64,000 nucleotides of DNA from Tubiluchus corallicola (lineage: Eukaryota; Animalia; Priapulida). A program made the translations under genes and the position numbers. Position 1 is the first letter of the stretch. Each line of letters starts with the position of its first letter. The stretch spans positions 310,001-374,000 of the forward strand of contig JAQGDQ010000141.1 of assembly GCA_030141605.1 (NCBI GenBank). Direction: 5' to 3'. Shown one piece after another: positions 13,801 to 25,300 of this stretch. A model generated the notes under the pieces. The model had not been told where the DNA came from and made no database searches. It saw nothing but the letters and a program-made list of their open reading frames with translations.

Positions 13801-16053
13801 CCTATAGGTTGAATAGGCTGAAGCCTAAGGCCCGGGATCAAAAGGGGCCCGGCAAAATAAAACGAAAAAAATTTTTTTTGTAAAAAAAATAAATTGACAA
13901 AAGAGCAAGGGGCCCGCCAAAATAAAATATAGAAAAAAGTTTTTTTCTTCAAAAGTCAGTCACTATATTTCAAATCGGGTTTACACAAATCAAGTTTACA
14001 CAATTTAAGTTTACACAATTTAAGTTTACACAATTTAAGTTTACACAATTCACGTTTACACAGTTTAAGTTCAAAATTTCAGTTTCCGAATTTTTTTCAG
14101 TCTCCACAAAAACACGTCAGCTCAGCAGCGTAGCAACATTTAAAAGGCCCGTTCCAAGCTCAAGCCTAAGGCCCATAAAATCATAATCCGCCACTGCCAC
14201 CAGGAAGAAAGAAAGGGCTGCCATCATCGCATCGATGGGCTGTCATAAACATATCAGCAACTCCTAAATTTAATTATGACCGTTGTGGCAATGGATTAGG
14301 TTTAGCCATTGTGTCACAAGTATTAACACTTTCACTATGTAGTTGCTTTTTAACTGGACTACACTGATTTTTGCACATATGACAATAACTTCTTGTGGTG
14401 TGTTACTAAAACAGAATCTTGTAATTAAACAAATAGTTGTTCGTTATTGTGAGTACTATTATTAAACATTAGTTTTATTTCTACACATGAACACACATAC
14501 GAGCACACACACACATGCTCTCACGCACGCACACACTTGCACACCGTCATAAATAAGCATGTACTTAACCAGTTTTCAAAAAAGACACAATACTAATCCA
14601 TAGTATGCGATCATTTTATAAGAATGCAAAACAATCAACCAGACATCTATTTTATCAACGAATCTACAAATGATTTTGCTTGGCAACATACCATACAATA
14701 TAGTATTGTGGAATGCACCTGGCTTCAGACGCTGATTGGCTGTTTAGCATTACTTGTTGCGAAGCAACCCCAATCTCACAGCTGTTAAACTTTTCTACAA
14801 CGTTTTTGCTGCGCCGTAGCAGTGAAATAAACAGACCTGAGTAACTGTGCTTGGTGTTGAGCTTTGGCGGCAATGTGCCACCTTCCGTAGTGAAAGGATT
14901 AATTGCACAACAATACTGCTTTCAGGTCATACAACTGCATATTTGTATTCCAGAAATTTCAGAAAACTAGAGGTTAAAACCACTTACGGATGAATTACAG
15001 AAATATGAGGCAGGAAATGAAGAACAGTGCAAATTATTATTTAAAAAGTAAAATGTGATTTTATTTCATTAGACTTACAAATGGATTTAAAGCAAAAATG
15101 GACCCAATCTTAAACTTTAAGTCAAAACAATCAACTCTTTAAAAGATTGAAAGAAAACTTGTTATTTTTTCAAAAAAGACTTACCTTAAAGAATTATTAC
15201 CACACAAACACAGTTTCACGTTCGCGTCACTAGTTTTTCACTGTTACATGCATTTTGCCATTCGCTAGTTAGACGGGTGCTAGTGCCTGCATCTCGGAAA
15301 CGCATTGCACAAAAAAGGTGCTTCACCTCCCAGTTCAGATGTGTTAGTTTCTGACGAAATACGCACGTTCGACAGTTCATGTGTGAGCATAGCGGTAAAT
15401 TTGAAATTTTATCCTGAAACTGGCCTAGTTTTATTACAACACATTGACTGTATTACAGTAGCACTGTACTTCAATTTTCGCTTTCACGTGCTTTCAAAAA
15501 CGTGCAACACGCTAGAATATATTTACAGTTAAAAATCATGTTAGTTTGTGATGTCATCAATAGTTGGGCTAGCCCACCTTTAATTAAGTTTTTAATCTAT
15601 TATTTAATTATCAGAAATTCTTTTGCAGTATTAATTGCGTTAAAATGTATATTTTTTACCGTACTTGAAAATTGGGGAGTACATGAAAAATCATCCATTA
15701 ACAGAAGCCAACTCCGTTAGTTTGCCGAAATACTGAAGCTGCCCATTGCTGAAATATTGAACCTGCTTCTCAAACAAACATCTATTTAACCTATTTGTCT
15801 TTTTGTAGGTCTACTCTAGAGGTGACAGCATTTCAATTAATTTTAAACAGGTGTGACTTGAATGTCATACTCACTCTTCACCAACTGGTCGCACAGGTGT
15901 GATCGAAGCTGTTGACCTTCCAGCTGTTGTAGCTGCTAATTTCCCCGGTGTGGTAGCTGTTGGTGTCTCAGGCGTTGTAACAGCTAACACTCCAGTTGTG
16001 ACAAAAACAGACAACAATGTCAGGAAAAACTTGCACAACACTCGTGACACCAT
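1547..16053 (-). CDS. 5' part of a multi-exon mosaic secreted/cell-surface protein: signal peptide, Thr-rich linker, LDL-A, CTLD, CTLD, Ig-like; continues beyond the left edge of the window
   Basis: Phase-consistent GT-AG exons on minus: 16053-15875 ([24 protein letters not shown] signal plus T-rich), 12548-12427 ([35 protein letters not shown]), 11969-11946 (24-nt microexon), 11179-11117 (least certain), 8269-8167 (VWVGA), 7477-7290 (LCGMI...[11 protein letters not shown]), 6662-6543 ([18 protein letters not shown]), 6180-6112 (GYLAALL), 5701-5592 (TWIGL), 3094-2929 (LCGTL...WQFERC...YPFMC), 1753-1547 (LTC...VQWMKDG, Ig-like). Codon phases match across every junction. Confidence 0.8.
3747..5185. 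mobile_element. Old Tc1/mariner (pogo/Tigger-like) non-autonomous element
   Basis: Imperfect terminal inverted repeats CAGTGTATGCCGCTTAAC..ATCCAC / GTGGATCAAGTAAGCGGATTCTACTG, with subterminal GGATTTAT repeats and TA on the left flank. Confidence 0.5.
4387..4506. repeat. 120-bp perfect spacerless palindrome centred on (AT)6
   Basis: TTCGATCAGTACAATAATTTATGTTTATATGTAAATCAATAGGCCAAATATCGG-ATATAT|ATATAT-CCGATATTTGGCC...GTACTGATCGAA; the arms are exact reverse complements. Confidence 0.9.
6700..6940. repeat. Degenerate (GTT/GCT)n trinucleotide low-complexity tract, intronic
   Basis: Runs of GTT and GCT with internal frame shifts; these explain the poly-L and poly-N/T ORFs in the track. Confidence 0.8.
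7650..7995. repeat. Compound microsatellite (TA)n/(TG)n/(TGCG)n/(CA)n with partial inverted symmetry
   Basis: Read directly; the tract gives spurious ORFs in all six frames. Confidence 0.9.
10059..10515. mobile_element. Tc1/mariner-type (Tigger-like) MITE; second copy at 48394-48873
   Basis: TIR CAGTCAACCT...AGGTTGACTG, TA on the right flank, internal ATAAGGGA repeats; colinear with the 48394-48873 copy. Confidence 0.8.
10541..11057 (+). mobile_element. 5'-truncated RTE-clade LINE insertion (C-terminus of the RT ORF, 3' UTR, (CAT)n tail)
   Basis: Translation [44 protein letters not shown]...CAKCQRSF is typical of the RTE/BovB C-terminus; (CAT)n tail; exact 12-bp target-site duplication ACTGTTTTCATA at 10529-10540 and 11058-11069. 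Confidence 0.88.
11267..11894. mobile_element. Probable hAT-type MITE with subterminal CGATA repeats
   Basis: Imperfect TIR TAAGCTTGTTAAC / GTTAACATCATTA; flanks ACTCACGC / GCTTACGC (6 of 8 match, decayed 8-bp TSD); many GATACGATA repeats near both ends. Confidence 0.5.
13787..14196. mobile_element. hAT-type MITE with an internal ~15-bp tandem repeat, inserted into an older repeat (about 13045-14250)
   Basis: TIR CTGTAGCGGAT / ATCCGCCACTG; exact 8-bp TSD CCACCAGG at 13779-13786 and 14197-14204; (TTTACACAATTTAAG)-like units x5-6 at about 13980-14070. Confidence 0.8.
14323..14902 (-). mobile_element. piggyBac-like non-autonomous element; inverted copy at 44931-45487
   Basis: TTAA-bounded ends (TTAACACTTTCACTA...TAGTGAAAGGATTAA); reverse-complement similarity to 44931-45487. 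Confidence 0.65.
15088..15700 (+). mobile_element. Dispersed non-autonomous DNA transposon (TTAA-bounded, Kolobok-like); other copies at about 25030-25640 (minus) and 47214-47808
   Basis: Shared blocks CCAATCTTAAACT, AAGAATTATTA.CAC, CTGTACTTCAATTTTCGCTTT and TTAATTATCAGAAA in all three copies. Confidence 0.65.
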
Positions 16054-16321
16054 ACCGAAATCTACCAAAAATAATGAAGCCAGTCCTTTTTCACAGAAAC
16101 ACATGTCAATGTGGAACAAACATAATTTACAATGAAACCATGCAGAACACCCAATAAAAATGTTAACGTACAAATTTAGATTGCATGTCTTTAATACAGA
16201 TTGACTTAGCGGCTACAGCTTTGCCAAGGTAAACAACATTATGGTAAACAGCACACCACTTTCTCTGTAATCAACAACATCACTTCGTGAATATAACTTG
16301 GGCTCAAAATGAGCCCACAAG

Positions 16322-16451
16322 CGTAGATGTTACCTGGTTAAGATGTAAAAAACACAGAAACATCAATGACAGCACCAGTATAAACACCATTTAAAATGTT
16401 CTGAATGTAATATATATACATATACATGTAGTATATATACACACACATATG

Positions 16452-16483
<32 letters not shown>

Positions 16484-16623
16484 TGTGTGTGTATGTATGT
16501 ATATGTATATATACTACATGTATATGTATATATATTACATTTAAAACATTTTAAATGGTGTTTATACTGGTGCTATCATTGATGCTTCTGTGTTTTTTAC
16601 ATCTTAACCAAGTAATATCAACG
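16322..16623. repeat. Inverted duplication (~115-bp arms) around a (TG)n/(TGCG)n microsatellite
   Basis: TGGTTAAGATGTAAAAAACACAGAA...CACCAGTATAAACACCATTTAAAATGTT is mirrored by AACATTTTAAATGGTGTTTATACTGGTG...TTCTGTGTTTTTTACATCTTAACCA with only a few mismatches. Confidence 0.85.
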
Positions 16624-16655
16624 ATATATATATATATTATAATAATATATATATA

Positions 16656-16797
16656 TTACCAAAACAAAATAGCCAACAAAGCGTAAGTATCGATATATAT
16701 ATTTGTACATATATATATATATATCGATACATATCGGCTCATGTGTACAAATATATATATCGATACTTACGCTTTGTTGGCAATTTTGTTTTGGTAA
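16656..16797. repeat. Inverted duplication (~55-bp arms) around an (AT)n tract
   Basis: TTACCAAAACAAAATAGCCAACAAAGCGTAAGTATCGATATATATATTTGTACA versus its near-exact reverse complement ending at 16797. Confidence 0.85.
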
Positions 16798-17974
16798 AAT
16801 TGTTTTTTTAGTAACAAGTTTGTTCGAAAAGATAAATGTATTTTAAAACAATACCGGCTCCAGCTCAAAAATACAAAAGCACCATTCACCATATATCAAC
16901 AAAAATGTTTTTTTCAACAAACACAAGGAAATTTACTCTTTAACTGCACTGAATAAGAAAACATTAAGAACGTAATACCTTGTCACAGGAGGAAGTCCCT
17001 CTACAGGAAGTACTGATCAGCCCCTTGTTAACAGTCACACCGGCTCAGTCTCACAAACCCAGAGTTAAATATTTGTGTTTACTTTGCTCTTGGAGTTCCG
17101 TGAGCACAAAGAAACAGTCCAGTGTTGATCATTCTTCTCACTAAGTACATTGCGAAAATACATTGGCTTTACCACGATCAGTTAGTATGTAAAATGAACT
17201 TAGGATTATAAAATGTACTAGTTGTGAACCTAATGGAGTTCATTGATCATGCTGTAATAAACCTTTAACATATCATCGGAAAACTAACGTTTGCAGAAGC
17301 AAATAAAACCAATGTACCTCAGTCCGATAAAGATGTGTACTTGATCATAACCAAACAAAAAATTCTTAATTTCATACTGCTGTAGACTAGTGATAAATGA
17401 CAGAAAAAATGTTACTTGGTAATACAATCGTATGACTAAAAATCTAGTGTAACGGTTAAAACTATTCGGCTCACACTGTTTAAAATGGCAGCATACTAAC
17501 ACACTACACTGAAATTATTTAGAAAACCTACACCAATCCTTTATACTAGGCATTAGCCATATAACACTTTCCACACAATTTAAATTTATTTATTCTAAAT
17601 TTATAAGTCCTTCAATTTTAACATGCAGATCGTTAATTAAAACGACGAAAACAGAATCAACAAAGGTAGGTAAGTTTTGCAGTAACAAGAACCAAATGAC
17701 ATTCCTAATTGTAGAATCATTTCACATAAACACTGAGATATGTAACACGTGAACGCTATCGAAAAAAATTTAACGGACAACTAAAATATAGTATTGTAGC
17801 TCAGTGTTTAAAACAGTATAACTATCAACTTACTTTGCAAATCTTGAGCGGTAAAACACGGTCGTTTCATGGTATCTGAGTACGTACGTACTCAGTCGTA
17901 CGAGTCTGAGATTGACGATCTACAACAACATACCCGCAGGGATTCCCTGCTTTTTTGTGGTAGTTCCTGTTTGT

Positions 17975-18373
17975 GGGGGAAAAAACACGAATGACATTGT
18001 TATACGTTTAGTTGGTGCGATGGGTATGGGACCTATGAGTAATATGGAAATTAATGTTTCTCATCGCATTCCATCAAAGAAAGGAGTGCCACATATTATT
18101 GCTAAATTCGCAAGAAGGGGGGGGGCTAGAGGTGATATATACAAACATCGCAAAGATTCCCCAAAACTAAACGAAATAGGATATGACTCGAATAGCCGTG
18201 TGTTTATTAATGAGTGTCTAATAAAACGCAGAAAGGAGCTACTCAACAGATGCATAGAATACAAAAAAGAGCTCGGATATAAGTTTGTCTGGACAAATCA
18301 TGCCAGAATATTTACGAAGGCAAATGAACAAATGAAGCCGTTTGAAGTGAAATCTGAGGACGATTTAAAATAA
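17975..18373 (+). mobile_element. CR1/L2-type LINE ORF1 C-terminal fragment
   Basis: SHRI...IIAKFARR...RVFINECL.KRRKELL...KKELGYKFVWT resembles the HRL/IIvKF/vyINEnLT/YKfVW pattern of invertebrate CR1-like ORF1 proteins. Confidence 0.65.
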
Positions 18374-18488
18374 CATTATTAGAAATAGTGGTGTAATTTT
18401 GAGATCCATTCTTGATAAAATTTATTACAGCAGTGTGTACTAGTCCTGCTTCTCAATCCTGATCATATTGTTGTATTGTGTATAATAT

Positions 18489-19040
18489 AAAGTTCTGATT
18501 TCACTCATAGTTAACGGTAAATTTTACTATAAGTCTTACTGTAAGTCTTAGCGTATAGTCTAAAGTTCTGATTTCATTCATAGTTAACGGTAAATTTTAC
18601 TATAAGTCTTACTGTAAGTCTTAGCGTATAGTCTAAAGTTCTGATTTCACTCATGGTTAACGGTAAATTTTACTATAAGTCTTAGCGTATAGTCTAAAGT
18701 TCTGATTTCACTCATGGTTAACGGTAAATTTTACTATAAGTCTTACTGTAAGTCTTAGCGTATAGTCTAAAGTTCTGATTTCACTCATGGTTAATGGTAA
18801 ATTTTACTATAAGTCTTACTGTAAGTCTTAGCGTATAGTCTAAAGTTCTGATTTCACTCATGGTTAACGGTAAATTTTACTATAAGTCTTACTGTAAGTC
18901 TTAGCGTATAATATAAAGTTCTGATTTCACTCATAGTTAACGGTAAATTTTACTATAAGTCTTACTGTAAGTCTTTGCGTATAGTCTAAAGTTTTGATTT
19001 CACTCATGGTTAACGGTAAATTCTACTGTAAGCCTTAGTG
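18489..19040 (+). repeat. Minisatellite, ~73-bp unit, about 7.5-8 copies
   Basis: Unit AAAGTTCTGATTTCACTCATGGTTAACGGTAAATTTTACTATAAGTCTTACTGTAAGTCTTAGCGTATAGTCT, contiguous; one unit lacks a 12-bp sub-repeat. Confidence 0.9.
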
Positions 19041-20514
19041 TATTTTGTATTTTGTTCATTAATTTAAAAGTATTAAAAAGCGAAATCTTTACCCAAGGTT
19101 ATGACTTAATCGTATTAGTGTAAAATGGGAATATGGCTATTGTCGTATTTTCATTTTGTCATTCAGTGATTTACAGCTAGCAATAGCATTATACAATCCC
19201 GATATTGGGCTTCATAGCATTACTTCGGTCTATTAGTTTATCAATGTGATAATTACTTACACTTGAATTTGATTTATACCTATGTGTGCTTTTGTTTAGT
19301 CTCAAACCTTCATCGTATAAATTGAACAATTTTAAGTACAATCATTGATCGGACGCAGTTGTTTTGTTCTTATTAGAAATGCTACCAAAAAAGTACGAAC
19401 AGTGGTGTGTAGCATTAAATCGGTTATTTATCTTTCTTAATTGCTTCGACACACGCAGTATGTTCTAGTCTAGGCCTGTCAAGTTAGCATGTCTTCCGTG
19501 CTGCGTGACCTTGCTTAAGTTTAACTCATTAATGGGTTTCTTACTTACTCTTATTATTTATATTACTTTCTTCTTTGGCCTTGAGTTGTATAGTCGATTT
19601 GATCTGTAGTTCGACTATAGTATAGTATGCTCTCTATTTGAATTTAATGGTATTCGTTAAATTGAAGGTGACGAAATTCTTTTCCGCATAACAGCTAAAA
19701 GTTACAGTTTGTTTAAAGCCTAGATTTTTTCATTTTATTGATGCGCGTGATTATTAGTTTTATGCGCGCAGTAATAAACGTGAATCCATGTCCTCACTTG
19801 AACTGTATGACTTTTTTATCCTTTTTGAGGCATAATGCGACCGTTTATGTTTCTTCTTGTCTTTTCAATCAACCTTGTAATTATTCTGTATTTCATTTTG
19901 TGAACAATTCTTGTAGAGTAGTTGATTTTTTTCTCTCATGTAAATCGCTTTGATTAATTGCTATGGCTGTAGAACACTCTTTTGTGCCCTCTCATGTTAC
20001 AATTAATTATGCTTTAAAAATTGCTATTATTAGTTCTTCATTTTTTTTAATGCGTGGCAAACGAACTAGTGACCTTACTTGAGCAATGTATTCCTTAATT
20101 TGATACTTGCATTTCATGTAAAAAATTAAAGAAATTGCCTTTTCTAATTTTTTCCTAGTAATGTTTCTGGAATGCCTTTTCTCACTAATAGTCTGTGTGT
20201 TTACTATTATAATCAACATTGTTTAATTGAAATCTCTGTTAGTTGCATATTGTTTTGACTCCTAGGGAAATAGAATACTCTATTCTCATGTGTTTTTACA
20301 TTTACCTTAAATGATTTATATTTGAAAATTGGTATCTTCAACAGCCTCACACGTCAACTCCAACACATTCAAGCAGTTTTTTATCTATATTTTTTATTTT
20401 TATTCTTATTTTTCCTATTTCTACCATTCACCGTATCGCTTCATTTTTATAAACATTAAAAGACTATTATGCCTAAATTTCCGTGTTCATCGTGCACTAA
20501 ACCAGTTAAAAATA

Positions 20515-20700
20515 ACCAACCTGTTTTGCAATTGCTGTGAGTATTGGATGCATCTTAAATGTATAAATTTAACTGATTACAACAATTTAACTGACAAGAA
20601 TGATAATTGGTTCTGTCATTTTTGTCTGCAAACTATTCTGCCTTTTAACAATATCACTGATGACAATGAATTCAAATTAATCACTAGGTATTCTAGTATT
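20515..20700 (+). mobile_element. PHD-finger relic of a CR1-type LINE
   Basis: CNCCEYWMHLKCINL...WFCHFCLQTILPF is the PHD finger followed by LPF seen ahead of the endonuclease in many invertebrate CR1 elements; same strand as the ORF1 fragment upstream. Confidence 0.55.
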
Positions 20701-22374
20701 GGTTCTATAATAGACAATAAATTACTTAGTACTATGTTCTTTACCATACGATTCACTTCAAATTTTCAGATTATTTTCATTACTTTTTTTTCTTTCACTG
20801 TGTGGGACAATCTAGCAAACCCTGCTTTTTGATTGCTCGCAACACATTTACATTTGTATATAGGTGAACAGTGTGCGAGGCTTTTCTTGTGCAGAAACAA
20901 TAAAAGCTTTTTCGTATTATGTTCATTGTAGGCCCTTTCACTATACATTGTACATGAAACTATTGTAAATGTGTAATGTGAAACAAGTGACTTATGACTT
21001 ATCAAACAACTACCTCCTCACCAAACACTTATCAAGCCGATGCAGTCGGGCAAAACAAACATTGGAAAAATACATGTGTACATAGTAATAGTATAACCCA
21101 GAAAGGTAAACGTACTTTACGTGTAGTTGAGGTATGTGTACGTTACGCAGCAAACTCCTAAATGTACTCAAAAATCAGAGCCTGCCAACTGTAACCACCA
21201 TGCTGTTCAAATAACGCTTGGCGCTCTCTTTTTTTCAAAACCAAGTGTTGCTAGTAATATCAAATAAAAAGTTAGCACATTGAATCATAAAATTACTTAT
21301 CAGAACTTGCAAACACAGGCGTAACTTGGCCTAAATGCAGTAGTCACGAAAAACACTGCTGGTGATAACAGCAAGAGATTGAGATCAACGTTGAGAATTA
21401 ACTCTGTTATTTTAACTCAAGTTTAAATCTGTTCAGGAATATGTACTGTGATAAATAAAAAATTTTGTTGCAAGCGAACGCTTGATTTTTAATGATTCGC
21501 CTCCAAATATTTAACAGACACCAAATCACCAAAGCACACAAAAACACAAATGAAAAAACCTTCGGTATACACAAGCTCTGCAATACTCTATCTACACTAT
21601 ACCATGCATGCACATTACTGAAAATCCAAAACTAGGTGGATGCATTTTCTGAGTTATTCAATGTTGCAGTGAAGAATATGATGTAATAATAAAAACTGTA
21701 CAAAAAATGTTTGTAAACAGGAACCTCAAGTATGACAGTCACTAAGTGTACCATATACTGCTTTGTATACAATGGTAGGCAACAATGCTGGCACCATGTG
21801 GCTGTTTTTAAAAACACTAAGAAATTTTTCGAAAAAGCTGTGTGCCAATTGCTTGTATCAGTATGGAAGTATAAACTTTTGCTTTGAAATTTGACAATTT
21901 AAAAGTGCATCATTTGTCAAGAATTTGTGACAACTAATAACTTTTATAGTGGACGATAAACAAAATTATTATTCATCACATCTGCAACTGTATGACTGAT
22001 CGCTTTACAATAATGACAGCAGGCATATAAAGATAGTATATACAAAACAATATGTCTAAAACATGACATATTTTTATACAGGGCTAAAAGATGATACACG
22101 TATTTTATTACACACATAAAACTTACATCCAAATCGCATTATGATCAGTTGGTTGTAGTCATAAATCAACGCCTGGCGGCATTTTCAAACATTATACATT
22201 ACGTGAAAAAATGAAAAGGAGAGGTAAAGAAAACGCATAACACCTGAAAATAATCACACCAACGATAATTAATCAATTAGCAATAAATATTTTGCTGTTT
22301 ATTTTAAACCTGTTTCAATTTACATAAAACTTTTCCCATTTGTGTCCACCCTTCAGTATTCCCGTACTCCCAGA

Positions 22375-25300
22375 TTACTTTGCCTTTGCAGCCTTGGCTT
22401 GAGCTTTCAATACCTTCACAACGATCTTTTGCTCTTCAATCAGAAAGGCTCTTATAATCCTACAAACAGACAAGCAAATATATCATGCTGTTATTGAATA
22501 CATCTGCACAAGTTAAAGCCATAAAACACGTCGCATTTAATTAACACTGATAACACTATGTATGCGATTCAATATTTCGTTGTCAAAACATTATGAGCAT
22601 GGATGAAATCGTTTATGGACAAGCATTTAATTATGTTTAAATTACAAGCTTCTCACTTTTAATTACATCAATGAAAAATGAAAAGCAGACCAGTAAAGAA
22701 ACTGACACGGTAACTTAAGCACTAAATATGTATTTTTTTATGTACAATTTCTTTACTGGTATGCTTATTCATTACCTATTTGGCTTCTGTTAACTACTTA
22801 ATTAGCACATAATAGGCTTTGTAATATAAACTGGTTGTATTTACCACTGATGTTGACAGCAGCAGCCTGTCGAAATGCTTGGCATGATTTTAACTTTTTA
22901 ATGTAAAAGCTTTAATAAAGTTGTGTTGTTTTTAACTATAATCAAATTTTGATACCAAATTTGCAGGAGGAAATTGCAAAAAAAGTTGGAATTGAAATGC
23001 AGCATGGATTTGAACCAGAGACTTTTTGGAAAATTTGGAATACAACACAAAATAAAAAAACACACAAACAGGTAGATGTATACATAAATACACAACAAAT
23101 ACATACTTTGTGATGTGGTACAACATTAAAAACATAATCTTACAAAATTAAACATACCTGGTCCGCACACAAGCTGCACATCGTGATCCTCCATACGTTC
23201 GTGTGACCGTCTTGTGCCGTTTCGAGAGAGACATAAGCTGTTTTGGTCTAGCAGGAGTGATCTGCAAAAAAGCAGATTTACAAAATCAAAAAGAGAGCTG
23301 GGTCATTATTACACTTAGTTCACAAACTGCAAGTGCCAAGTTTGAAACCTAAATGCAATATGAAGACTTCTGCCTACTGTGTTTTGGTACTGTTCTGACA
23401 AATGAACTTCAAGGAAAGTCAGTCGATCATGACATTTTAACTAACAGCTCGAAAATAAATCACATGATCGATGATTGCTTAATATAATAACAGCAAGAAT
23501 TTCACTTCTTTCTGCTATTTAATTAGTGTAGGATAAAAAGATACATCCTCAATTAAATGTAAGATAACGTATAAGATAAAGCAACAGTAAAAAACGTGAC
23601 ATTCTAATTTCATTGTGACGCAACACCAGAATATATTACAATGGATCATCATTCAATCATTGATCATTACTGAAGGTGGAGTCAATGATTAATCGTAAAA
23701 ATTAAGCCACTTCCCAAAAATACTGAATTTTGTTATTAACTAATAGACAGCTACTGGTGGCAAATTTGCGATGTAGACAAAGCTTTAATGTAGAATTTAT
23801 AAAAGAAAGATTAACTTCTGTGATACAATACACAATTAAGTGACGTTTGCCTACCATTAGGAATGAGTATATGTCATGCGGAAGGGTTTTTGTTTTCGAT
23901 GCACACGTTTGTTAGACCAGTGTTGTGCGTTACTTGTTACTGCAGGTATTTCCTATTGATTTTTTTATTTTGCAGCTCTTCTGAAGGTAGATAACACATA
24001 TGCATTCCGGATTCTAGGTAAACGCCACAAGTTAAGAGATTTACAGCAGACAGTAGGGCTACAACAGTTGGAATTTAGACTTAGTTAACAAGAAACAACA
24101 TTACAAGAAATGTTGATTAATGCTGGTTGGATTCATGAAATCTTCACAATTGCCAGGATAATAATAACTTATTAGCCATCACTATAAATTAAGTGGTAAT
24201 TGATAAAAGTTTAGCTAAGATGCCGGTAACAAAAATACATTACCCCTTTTAACTTTGTTTTGCAATCACCACATTTTGGTATGCTGCCTGGTTTCTTTGT
24301 GTAAAGGTACACTAATCGACCACCAGGAGTCTTGGAGCTGAAACGTAAAACATTGATATATTAACAATGACACAAATTTTACATCCATGTTTTCGGCATA
24401 GTACAGAAAATGAGGCAAGTGACTGATATAATGAAGAATAAAAAAAATTTTCTTTATGCTTATAAGTTTGTCAAAATTTGGATTTGGTTATAACCACACA
24501 AATTTGTAGGTTATCACAGTGTTATGGTAAGTGATACAAAGCGAAGTGACTAAGATACCCAAACAAACTGGAGCAGGGCAGACAATTATGGCCAAAGCTG
24601 ACAGCACAGTATGGTATGGTATGACTATTTATTATCAGAAACAAAGGTGGGATAATTTCCTCGAGGTATGCACGGTACGGTCCAGGTATTAAAAATCAAC
24701 AAAATTTCATGCTGTGTGTTCAGTGTAGCTATGTAACATTCAAGGAAGGGTATAACTAATATGGCTGCTACCACACAAGGCGACCAAAACTACATTACAC
24801 AATTTTTGTGGGACGGTAAATTATTCCATATTAAGCATCTGTACAGTCCATTAGCTTAACATGGATTTTCCGAAAAGTTACACTTAGTAAAGACCTGTCG
24901 CTGCTATTATTGATGCTTTTGACACTTGATTATTTTATGATCACATTAATATCTTCTCGAGCAACCTTGAATTTGACTCAGCTGTTGCACATATGATCGC
25001 TTTCAATGTGTAATGCAAAAGCAAAGGCTTATCAAGAGACTATGAGGCTTATCGTTTTTAAGAAGCCAAAAATTGTCAACAAGTCACTAATCAGTATGAC
25101 AGAATGATTTTTCACAACAAAGTACGAAAAAAGTATACATTTCAACACCGATAATAATGCCAAAACGTTTCTGATAATTAAATAATAGGTTAAAAACTTA
25201 ATTAAAATCAGACGAAACCAAATAGTGATGACATCACAAGTGAACATAATGATCATCAGCACAAACATTCCATGAGATTGTTGCACGCGTTTGCGAAAGC

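Noticed and set aside
18489-19040. CRISPR-like regular repeat
   Set aside because: Units are contiguous and near-identical with no unique spacers; eukaryotic context and no cas genes.
23560-23660. Box C/D snoRNA in an RPL34 intron (ATGATGA on minus)
   Set aside because: No downstream CTGA box D or terminal stem at a suitable distance.
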